Shown piece by piece: positions 52,655-64,000 of a DNA stretch of 64,000 nt. The number at the start of each line of letters is the position of its first letter. The stretch's first letter is position 1. The stretch is taken from NCBI RefSeq assembly GCF_964204645.1, contig NC_134025.1, positions 21,742,299-21,806,298 on the forward strand, given 5' to 3'. This stretch comes from Tubulanus polymorphus (Eukaryota; Animalia; Nemertea). Position numbers and translations under genes: made by a program. The notes beneath the pieces are model-generated. The model was not told where the DNA came from. It saw only the letters and a list, made by a program, of their open reading frames with translations, and searched no databases.

Positions 52655-53544
52655 TGATTCTGTGTGCTAAAACAAAAAAGAGTGAAAAAGAAAAACGGAA
52701 AAATGGCAAATGGCAAATGGTAAATGATGAAATATGGCTGGAGTTTTATTCGTTCCACTGGGTTCAAGTGTAACTTAAAAAGACAATGGAAGAGCCTTGA
52801 TTGGTAAATGTTATGAATAGAATTCCATAAAACAACTTGCTCGTGTAAAGCCTCTAGCAGTAGTAATAGTAGAGAGTACAGAAATGTCTAATCTGACTAT
52901 CAACTGTCATTGGTCCACGATGGTTTCATAATGAGAATGAAGACATGTTGAATTCGTGAAGCAACGTGAATAGCCTTGTTAGTTTTTGATCTATCCGAAT
53001 CGGCCATCATTCTTGTCCTTGGTTTGTGTTTTGCCCTCCTCACACGATCGTGAGTAGCGGTTTGGTATGGTTCTGGTGAACCCTCCATACCATCCTCCCT
53101 TGAAAAAATGTTAGTTTAATTTCTTAGGTTTGGTTTGATGATTTAGAGATAAACACCTAGAAACTCACTCCATTCGATAAATGAAATCTATTTACAGCAA
53201 CATGCTGTAAACCTTAAATTGATATGAACAATCCGCAACATAATGCCGGTGGATTATGGTCACATAATTGTTAATTGGACGGCTTAAGAAAAATAGAAAG
53301 GGATAATTTGAATAAATTCCTCAATTGATAAAGGAATCATCTATAAAAATGAGGCGCTGTGATTTTCAACATTATGATTGGTTTGTCAACTTGGTATTTG
53401 ATCATTTGAGTCTTGTGAATGATGCAATCGATTAAGTATTTCTATTTGTTAATTCAATTGATATGATTGTGAAAAATGGCAAATCCTTTTTGAGGTATTG
53501 TACAGATGAGTGACACTATAGGGAGAGACGAAAGAGTTGAGGAG

Positions 53545-53871
53545 GCTTGATGGGAGGGCATTAAGGGAGGGCTTGGTGGGTGGGCATTGTGGGAGGGATG
53601 GGGTCAGGGCGGGAGGGAGGGCGGGAGGGATGGTTCTTGGAGGGCGGGAAGGAAGGGGTCTGGGAGGGCGGGAGGGAAGGGGTCTGGGAGGGCGGGAGGG
53701 AAGGGGTCTGGGAGGGCGGGAGGGAAGGGGTCTAGGAAGGCGGGAGGGAAGGGTTCTGGGAGGGCGGGAGGGAAGGTGTTTGGGAGGGCGGGAGGGAGGG
53801 GGTCTGGGAGGGCGGGAGGGAAGGGGTCTGGGAGGACGGGAGGGATAGGGTCTGGGATGGTTGGGACGGGA
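53545..53871 (+). repeat. G-rich 24-bp minisatellite with G4 potential
   Basis: (gggagggcgggagggaaggggtct)n. Confidence 0.9.
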
Positions 53872-54374
53872 GGTTAGATGAGTTGAAGTGTTACGATGTT
53901 ATAGTTAGACGGATGGGAATTGTGAAGATGAGAGAACAAAATCACTGTTCAATCACAGGATGAAGTAATGCAGTGATTTGTACTCTGTATCTGCACATAA
54001 TGTTACACGTATCTGTAACTGTTCAATCAGTTCGAAATCTTCAGCAAAATTGTGTACACATTTGATTGTGACGAAGGAGCATAATTGATAGCGATTGTGT
54101 TATTGACACTAGGGACCAGTTTCTGATTAATTGAAAACTTTTGAGATGTTACTTGTCATTGATCATTGTTCCTCTTTCTTTTCAGAATGAAATAAAATGA
54201 AATAAACGCAATAGAATCTACTAACTAAAAGTTAAGTTCAAAGCTAATGATGAATTTCTCTACAGAATTCTTCAGAGTCTCTATCGATGTCTTGAATTAA
54301 AAACTGCTGTTTTACTCTCATTTCAGATCACACAGCACCGGCATCAATATTCATTATCTATCTGTTTATTTTAG

Positions 54375-55026
54375 ATCACAGCAGTTTGAGGTGAGTTTTC
54401 AATCATTTAAATCCTGATCGAAGTTGAATTTATCAACGTCTTATGTTTTTCATATACATATTTTTTCACAGTGGACAGAGCGATGAAGGTTTTAGCGCCC
54501 AACAGCCGACCTCTAATACCGTTAAAGCTTAAAAATGTTGAGGAAAATGGTGAGATATGGTTCGAAATTGCTCATATTTCATATCATTTTATGTAATGTA
54601 TGCTTCTCTACGACGTTTGTATTTTAGGAGCCAAAATGAAGGTGAACCATTGCAAATCTGCAAAAACTCCAAGTCAGAAGTGTAGAGTTTTCGATTTATT
54701 GCAGTTACTTGTGGTATTATATGTAAATAATTTTCTCATAATTGCACAATTCAACCTGGTTCTTGTTTGTTAAAAACTGTATACTTCAATTATCTGTCTT
54801 AATTTTTTCAGGAAATCATCAGTGCTCTTCGTGACATTATGGCTCTTGGAATTGAAATCCTGTTAGAAATGGAAATAGTATGCATGGTCAAAATGGTACT
54901 AAACTACAGCGATAATCTGGTGAGTTTTTCATCCCGCCACTGTGCTTTTTATTTTATAATAACCTGACAATATATTATTCTGTACAGTATTTTTATGTGT
55001 CATTCTCTCAAAAGTTTTGTAAGAAG

Positions 55027-55065
<39 letters not shown>

Positions 55066-57480
55066 ATCCCATCCCCTTTCAAAATCCCCTTGGGAAATAT
55101 TGCGGACAATATGCTACAAATATCAAAACAGGTAAGGAAAATTTTCAGAATAGCAAACACATAAGTGATGTTTCTTAATTAAACTAATCAATTTCTCTTT
55201 ACAGAATGAAATCCATACAGCACCAGAATTTACAGCTAATAAGCCCTGGTTCAAAGTTCACCTCAAACATATTGCTAGATCCTCCTCGCATGCATCCTGA
55301 TAATTCTGCCAACAAGTGAGACGAAAGCTGTGAGCTTCAATCTGAAACAGCTCTCATTTCATAAAAATTTAACTTACAATTTATAGCATTTATGCATTTG
55401 TATTTTAGGAACCAAAATAAGCGGAAACTTTGACAGAATCTGTAAACACTGATGCTAGGCATTCACTGATGGACATTGATTTAGATCCTCTCATTTCGAA
55501 ACAAGCACCGGTAAATATCTCTGCAGATTCCAGTCTCTATAAAACTTACTGTTTGACTAAATATATGAAGTTATTTTCTGATAAAAAATTTTTCTTTTAT
55601 GACAATCCAGTTCCATAAATGGAATGAATGACTTCTGAGCGAGAAACTTGAAATATTTCCACCAGATTTAAACACCATGGAACTATAGTCAGATATTGAT
55701 CAGTTAAGGTGAATTTTCAATCACTTCTATCCTGGTAAAAGTTAAAATTATGAAGTCAAAATTATGCAACTTTTGTACTTTAGGGGCCAAAATAAAACTG
55801 AACCTCAGCAAATCTGCAAACAGTAGACATTGCGTTTTAGAAATCAATTGGTAAGTATTATTTCAATTGATTGGTGTAATTTGTGGTGATTTATCAGTTA
55901 TAGACGTTATCATTTTTTTGTCAATAAATATATCTTTCAAATCAAGTTAGGAAAATGTTTTTGGTTTCTGATCGGTTAATGTCAGCAGATTTTTTACATT
56001 TTATTTTAGAGTATATTCTATAGCTACCATCAGACTCCTCAGAAATCTGCATATACTCAACACATGGTGGGTTTTCAGTCCATAGAACATGAACAAGCTG
56101 CATTTTCTATTCATTTCACTAATTATGTTCTGGTATAATCTTTCTCTTTCCAGAATGCTGTGAACCCGTCACACATTGTGCTGGAACAATGTAAAATATT
56201 CACGTTCAAATAATGAGGAAGCTCGTTATTGTTGCTGGGACTGCTATTTCATGAGAAACTAAGTAATTTTCACTTTACAATTCAACCTAATAGACTATAC
56301 AACTGTACGGTTCAATCATACATGTATTAATTTTTTCAGGAAATCGTCAGTGCTCTTAACTTTATGACATTATGGCTCTTGGGAAGTGAAATCCTGCTGA
56401 AAATTGCAATAGTCTTCATGGTCAAAAGGCACTAAACTAATCCGATAAAAGTCTGGAAATGGTGAGTTTTGCTCTAAATTTGATAATTTGATTATCTATA
56501 CAGTATCTATATAATATTATTCCATACAGTATTTCTATGTGTCAATTTCTCAAAAGCTTTGTAAGAAGTGCTGCTGCTGCTGCTGCTGCTGTAGCCCCTA
56601 TCAAGATCTCCTCGCGATATATCATTGACAATTAGCTACAATAATCGAAACAGGTAAGCAAAATAGTAATTTTCAGAATAGCAGACATACATGTGATGTT
56701 TCTTTGTTTCATCACTAGAATTTACAGCTTCTGAAATTTACAGCAAGACCTGGTTCAAAGTTCCCCTCGAACATATTGCTAGATTCTCCTCACATGTAGC
56801 CTAAAAATTCTGCAAACAAGTGAGACAAAAGCTGTGAGCTTCAATCTGAAACAGATCCTAGTTCATAACAACTTGTGAACACTAAATGCTAGGCATTCAC
56901 TGCAGATTTGTGAATGATGGACATATCTTTAGATCCTCGAAACAAGCACCGTCTGTGCAGATTCCAGTCTCTATTAGACTTACTGCTGTTTGACTGTGAA
57001 TGTATGAGGTCATTTCCTGTTAAAGTTATTCATCATTATAGTCAAGAATTTGAAATCATTCCACTAGAATTAAACACCATGGAATAACAGATGATGTGAT
57101 TTTTCAATCACTTTTTTCCTGCTCAAATTTAGAATTATTTAGAATTAAACAAAGGGGCCAAAATAAAGCCGAACCTTTGCAAATCTGCAAACATTAAGGG
57201 GCGTTTCATTAAGTTCAAGGTCCTACCTTGTGTACGAACATCGTACTATATTGCCGATGACCTACCTTGCGTATGCATTGATTGATCAAATAGTATAAAA
57301 CATAAACAAACACCTGTTGTCTACTGGTCAGTTTATTATAGTATAAATAAATTCTTTTATTTGAGATTAATTTTTTTTTCCAGTAAATCCCCAGTACTCT
57401 TAACTTTATGAAATGAAATCCTGCTCGAGATGGAAATGGTCTGCATGGTCAAAATGGTACAACACTTAAAAAGACCAAGA
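54375..57480 (+). other. Cluster of small exon-like segments in diverged tandem duplicates; candidate lncRNA or orphan gene
   Basis: Repeated tttcag..gtgag/gtaag-bounded blocks; 54780-55850 is duplicated at ~56310-57200, with a third partial copy at ~57380. Confidence 0.45.
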
Positions 57481-58208
57481 ATAATTAAACACCATTATTC
57501 AATCTTTGGAAAGCTATACGGTATAAAACTCTTATGAAATTCCCACTTGACTGTTAATTCAATCCAATTTTGATGTAATATTTGCAGACGCAAGTTTTCT
57601 CTATTCTAGGACAATGGGGCCATTTGACTGGGACACGGACCAAGACACCATCTACATGTACCTTGAGATTGATATACTGCCACGCAATTTTAAAGTTTTA
57701 AGACAAATGAAAACTTTTATATTGTGCCTGCAATTTTAAAGTTTAAAGCCAAATGAAAATTTTTATATTGTGCCTGCAATTTTAATGTTTAAAGCCAATG
57801 AACATTTGTATATTGTGCCGGCCTGTTCGGACCTACTGTTGTTCTGTTTGTAATGGTTTCATTGACAGCGAATCTTGTATCCATAAAATCAATGGGGGTC
57901 ATCCCATGATACGCCTCACAATGCTGTGACGTCATTTTTGCTGTAGAATAGCCTGTTCACTCTGGGGCGTAGAAATAAACGATTAAAACCTGCTATATAC
58001 AAATTTGAAAGATTAGACACGTAATTTATTTATCAAGAATCAAATTAAACTTAAGTAAATGAAGAAATAACTAGAACAACCGATGCACAAAATAACAAAA
58101 CCTCTCAACCAAGCACTTAACACCCCCCCCCCCCCCGGGTTCTACTCTTGAATTCTCTACTTTTTCAATTCACTTTTCTTCCTATTCCCCCTGTTTTAGT
58201 TATTTCTT

Positions 58209-58251
58209 CACATCTGACAATGGTCTCTAGAGAGACTCCAAAACGTTGTGT
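58209..58251 (+). other. Degenerate hammerhead-like motif (Penelope-like remnant)
   Basis: ACAT-CTGACAA-T-GGTCTC..GAGACT-cc-AAAAC-GTT-GTGT; core is mutated. Confidence 0.4.
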
Positions 58252-58321
58252 CTTAATTCTTTTTGAATAAAATTGAAATTGAAGTTTAACAATGGGCTTT
58301 CTGAGATGGATCAAGGGCATG

Positions 58322-58538
58322 AGATATTTTACATACTCCATTTAATTGCATTAAAGTAGTTCGTAATTGTTTCTACCTCAGAATCCAGTTCCACTGTTCT
58401 GGACATGTTTGTATAAACAATGAACCAGATATTTTACATACTCCATCCATTTAATCGCATTAAAGTAGTTCGTAATTGTTTCTACCTCAGAATCCAGTTC
58501 CACTGTTCTGGACATGTTTGTATAAACAATGAACCAGC
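58322..58538 (+). repeat. Near-perfect tandem duplication (~105-110 bp x2)
   Basis: agatattttacatactccat...aaacaatgaaccag occurs twice. Confidence 0.9.
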
Positions 58539-59573
58539 TTAATTCGTATCTTTTTTCTACGCACTAGACATACGGATTATTGTTAATTCGTATGGTCTTA
58601 GTTATGAATAATTCGTAGAATTAACGATTCCGTTAATTCGTAGAAACTACGCATAATAACCAGATAAAAATTCTTTCCTCTTGCATTAGAACAAACGCTG
58701 CGGCCACGCCCATTCACTGTTCACTGACAAGTAATTGATAAGTTTGCTTATCACTGCCAGGAGGCAGAACAATGGGATAAGAATTACGCGTCGTATTTTC
58801 TTTTGTTTTCAAGAAAAGGGACCGTGTATATGGCTAAGATTTAAGAATTACGAAATGTGAATTGGCCGATGGAAATTAAAGGAACAAACGAAAAATCGGG
58901 ACCTTTCATTTTTATACGAATTAACCGTCGACGAATTGTCGAGTTTGTGTAAAGTTGACAAATATTGACGGGTTTTCTTTTATCATGGGACTTTATTTTG
59001 TATGAGCTGTTGTGATCGGGTTATTTGAAATAAATAAGATATTTTCTCTGTTGTTCCATTTATGATTACAGACGCCAGCAGTTTCATACACTTTGCGTCG
59101 CGTATGATAAACCTTACGTACCTACATCCCATTGGTTCGGTTTCATATAAATGATTTATTCAAACAATATTCATTGATCAGGCAAATTAATCGGGTAAAG
59201 TCTTTAAAAGAAACTAAGCCCGGGGTATGGAACACCATCCTAAAACTCTACATCGCATTTTTTGCAACCAAACTTGCGAGTTGGTTGTATAAGATTGAAA
59301 GTTGGTCGTAAAATTCGAGTACGTTGTCAAAATGCGATGTAGAGTTTTTGCTAGGATGACGTTCCATACCAATTCCAACAATTGCGTTAGAACATATTTT
59401 GTTTTGAAGAAAAAATCCGTAGTATAAAATTGTAGTATCCGTAGTATCAAAGTATAAGATTGTGAAAGAAGAAAACAACAATAACAACAAACAGACAAAA
59501 AACAGAAATGTTTGACACAAAGATGTGCACTAACAGAAAAATAATAAAAGGAGAGAGAAGTAATACGATGTCT

Positions 59574-59759
<186 letters not shown>

Positions 59760-62034
59760 TATATAAGTGATATTTACAAGCCCATGATGTATGAATTTCG
59801 CAATATTTAAGAAGATTTGTGTATGTGTATGAAACTGCAGAACGGTCCTTTTGTAAAAAGTTTTGAAAAAAAATATTTATGTATTTTTTGTGGGTAATTT
59901 TATCGCGAATTAAATACCGGGTATTAGAAGTGGAAGGAAAAGTGAGTGATTTGCTACGGTATATGCAGTTACCGGATAGAGTTAGGGCTTTTGACGAAGT
60001 TGACCACAAATTATATTCGATCCTTCATGACTGGCAGATGCTGAAAACCCATTCCATTACACGGCTTGTTTTGTCTATTTTCAACCTCCGAAAAATGAAC
60101 TACAGTGTATTAAACTACGGCTTACAAAAAATTCTGTAAATTCGACCGCCGATCACACAACTTTGTACGGGGTCATTCATTTATTACGTACGCAGGGTAA
60201 AGGTAGGGTCAATTCTTCAGAAGAGTGACAGATTCGTTCAGTAGGTAGGTAGCTATTATCGTAAAGAGTATGTACGCAACAGTTCGTACGTTTTTCTGAT
60301 AAAATAAATTATTTGTTCATCAAACCACCTTTGTTGTTTTGATACGTTTTTGCCGCGGCAGGGTTTCTGTGCAACAATTTGCTATCACGCGACAAAGATT
60401 CTCGTTCGCGTCGGCAAGTGCAGCGAGACCCTGACTTGAGAGGATGTTCACGGAATTGAAACTGGGAATCGGGAGTTAAAAAAGAGGCTGACAAATAATT
60501 TAAAAAAGAGGCTGACAAATAATTTCATGATTTTAACGATGTTTTATTCCAAAATAAAACCCCCTGTTTCGCTCCCCGGCAGGTGTGGTGGGTCTGTCAA
60601 GGAAGGGACACTCCCTCGATCGAAAAATCAAATGAAATCTACCAACCAAATAAATAACATCTTAGGATCTGAATCGTACGCACGTTAAAGGGATCAAGGA
60701 TTCTTGAAAGGTGGCGCACCTTGAGATAATTAGCGCAATTCCACGATCCATTCCACGGAATCAACCTAGGGGGTCGGGGCGCTCTCCCCTAGAAAGAAAA
60801 TTTTGAAAATCAGATCCCTTTTAGATTGCACTTCCTGCATTCTGGTGATCAAATATTAGACTGTTAGAAATTGTGTTAAGTGTACGTATCTACTAGTAGG
60901 ATGCACAACGGATGATAAAAATTGAAGGACACTTGACGGAAAAAAGGGGGCACCCTCCATCACTGTGTTGTGATACGATAATTAATTGGTTGCCTGTCCC
61001 GAAGATAGAGACCGGTAACCAGTCTACGATACGAAATCATGAAGGGCACTTTCTAAAAAGGAGCGTTCGTTCGAACAGAAAACCGCCCTTACATATATAT
61101 TGCCAGTACCAGATACTGCAAATCCTGGTGCAGCGGCATCTGATCTAAGACCATTTATTTGGAAAAAAATCATATTTAAGATTTATTCTTTTTCAATGGG
61201 GAAAAAATGTCCCTTTTTTCGCGGTGAAAAAGCGTGATCATTTTTCTTTTTCAAAAAAGCTCTGCACGGGCCTGCCTGGTACAAACCCAGAGAAGTTGAA
61301 TTCTTTTGCGTATTTCAGAAATTATTTTGAATCGAAAATCGCGAATGTCAATCCCTTTTAGTTTGTTCATACCAAATCCGTTGAATTATTACCATTTACG
61401 CGTAGTGCGAAGATCTTACATTCTTTGACATTTGTAACCTTTGTTTACCCCGATAGCTGAGGTCAATTAACGGACCAACGGTTTAATATATGTGTATAAC
61501 TGTATCAGAACTTAAATATGTTTGCAGATATGCTCTAGTACATTTACTTTATAAATATATCATCGGGACTCTATATACTGACTTAATAACATTGATCATA
61601 GGCAGTCACGGTAAAGTCAGTACACATAAGGTGGTAACCATACGGCCTTTTATCAAAACCTCTTCAATTATTAAAACGAACAGTGATATTAACAAACCGG
61701 GGAGAAACCGTACTGGTTCGTATATAGAGGCAGACGCTTCTTTCATATTGAATAATACTAAAAGACTGTAACTGGAGAACATTGAAAGACGGCGAAAACT
61801 CGTCTGGCACACTGTGTTAACAACAATCATTCAATATTCAAACAGAACTTGTGATCGATATCGGCGTGTTTTTCATTGGGAGATTCGCCGCGACAACTCA
61901 GCGTTGGAAATTAGCGAATCTTTTGATGAGATTTCTTACAAGAATACGATGAAAATTATCAATTGGTGACAGAAACCGAAGATTTATATCGAAAAACGTA
62001 TTTTTAAATTGTTCAAATAAGATACATTACGGAA

Positions 62035-64000
62035 ATGGCAGAAGCTCGTGCAGCTGCGACGGTCACAGTAAATTCCGCTTCAACTCAAGGTAGTCTCAAC
62101 AGAAGCGCACTCGCGGCTTCGCCTCCGCTTATGGAAACTAACTCGTCTAGAGCCGATTACGAACAAAAAGCTCAAATAACTGCCGTGAAGATAAGTCCGA
62201 AACAGGTAAGTAAAAATGAGTAGTACTTTCACCCTGATATACATCTAATCAATATAAGTCATACATTTGATATCGAAATATTAATGCTTGTATCTTACTG
62301 AAATACTATGTTTGGGAGCATTATTGATTACTTTAATGAATTATTTCCATCACGTGGCATTCCTAAGGCGAGACATGCGTTGAAGGAAAATTATGAAGAT
62401 CCCGTCAGTAATAGAGAAAACTGGTGGCGTTGTACTATCAGAGTACGTATAATCAATCATCTTTTTGTTTTAACGAAAATAAGAAATTAAGATCGTTCTT
62501 CATAGGCCCTATAGTTGACATCAAAATACTACGGCGTTATTCTTTAGGAAACGCCAGTCCCGGGAGCTTACGAGGTCCAGGATTTCATCACGCTCTACAA
62601 TAAGAACCCGATAAAACAATCGTACAGATTCAAATCAGACGGCCGAAGACGTGACCCCAACCCACACGGCAAAGGGGCGACCTTGTTACCGGGAGCTTAT
62701 AACAGAAAAGATTTCATAGAAGAGTAAGTTGTTAATCCGTTAATCCGTCATAGCTGTTGTCCGTAAATATATCGATTATAATGTTATCGTGCATGGATTT
62801 CTTTTAAAGATTGGAGACTCTGCCGCTGACGTACAACTTCAAATCCACTGGTCGAAAAGGAAAAGATTTGCTGAACAGAGGGATCAAAGATAAGGTCTAT
62901 AGGCATTTAACATTTATTTCAGAAAAAACCAAATCAATTTACTTTTACCTATTTAAGTTAAACAAGAAAGTTCTTGGGCGGATCCAGACAAGAGCACAAT
63001 GAGGCACGTGCTCCCGTCGCAATTCGACCGTACCCTTTTGTAAATGCAATGGAAATATTTTTCAAGACGATATTCTTCTTTCTCTGCCCGAAACCCATAG
63101 TTTAGTTTAGTTTAGTTTATTGCTCCAAAAAAGATATACAATTTTTCCGAGCATAACAAAATAGTATGAATAGTATAAATATAAAAGCTGGCAAATTTAT
63201 ACATATTAATAGCCCTAGCCCTAAGGACAGCAGTCCGCAGCGCGAGACTATTCACATAATATCCATCAAGCGCCTTAGAAATCGTATGGAAAGGCAATCA
63301 GTTTAAAGATTCTCTATTCCAGGATATCAACGTAAGCCCGAATAAGTATCCGATAGAAAACTATCTTTCAATGACAGCAGAGCGACTCCCTTCAAAGTAA
63401 GTAAACCTAATAAGATGTATATATTTTTTCTTCAATATGGTCACCTCGCCTGTGGTCAGTAAAAATTGTATTTGTACCTAATAACTATTTTCCATCTTTA
63501 TTAAGGCATATGGTCTTTAAATCACAACAACAAAGGTTTCCAACTATATATTTCCGCCCAGTAAGTCTCAGTGTGTATTTATTTATTAACAGTTACAATT
63601 GATTATCTTTCTAATCTAATTGTTTCGATATTTTTCATCGCTACACAGAAAGACGGGCCACCTCCTGGAGCGTATGAACCTAGAATAACGATAGGATCAC
63701 GTTGTGTATCGTCAAGTTTCAAGTCTAAAACGCCCAGGTTTCGATCGCCCAATACGGTAAGCTTCCTGATGCAAGAAAAGGAAGCCAAAATTCTCGTCAG
63801 AAGTTGTGTGAAATTGCTGCTCTTTGTACGGATTTCAAAAATCTTACGCAGGAGCATAGATAGTTAGAACCAAATGCGCATACATTATCTAAACATTTTT
63901 TTTTCAGAAAGTTCCAGGTCCAGGAACTTACGAGAAAACCAATCATGTACCGATGCCAAATACTATTGCAAAGATGGGACGTCAGCACGGCCTCTTTTTT
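62035..64000 (+). CDS. STPG4: Sperm-tail PG-rich repeat (SHIPPO-type) protein, STPG4-like, 3'-incomplete; exons ~62035-62205, 62368-62442, 62548-62723, 62810-62894, 63323-63396, 63506-63560, 63649-63756, 63908->
   Basis: In-frame splicing; NRENWWRCTIRETPVPGAY, LLPGAY, QQQRFPTIYF, GPPPGAY, FKSKTPRF, VPGPGTY. Confidence 0.8.

Noticed and set aside
53510-53526. gtgacactatagggaga resembles SP6/T7 promoter ends
   Set aside because: Only a partial match, with no vector or polylinker context; probably chance

Overview
AT-rich, intron-containing animal DNA; an invertebrate source is inferred from composition and repeat types. Three host genes were reconstructed by hand from GT-AG exons: an MCFD2-like secreted EF-hand gene (+, 15562-18067), CMTR1 (-, 23 coding exons, 18954-32317) and an STPG4-like gene (+, from 62035, running off the window). 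The main finding is a complete 8831-bp DNA transposon at 43608-52438 with TATGG...CCATA termini, a perfect 6-bp TSD (TAAAAC) and long satellite-like TIRs full of E2F-like palindromes. It carries two convergent spliced genes: a 10-exon IS3-like DDE transposase disabled by a stop codon and a probably damaged donor, and an apparently intact SAM / ubiquitin-like / HECT E3 ligase. This fits an IS3EU-type element carrying ubiquitin-ligase cargo. Also present: hammerhead-ribozyme-like motifs, a truncated U4 snRNA, Helentron-type (HINE) elements, MITEs, an RTE LINE 3' end, satellites and a candidate spliced orphan transcript. All coordinates were read by eye and no database searches were run.
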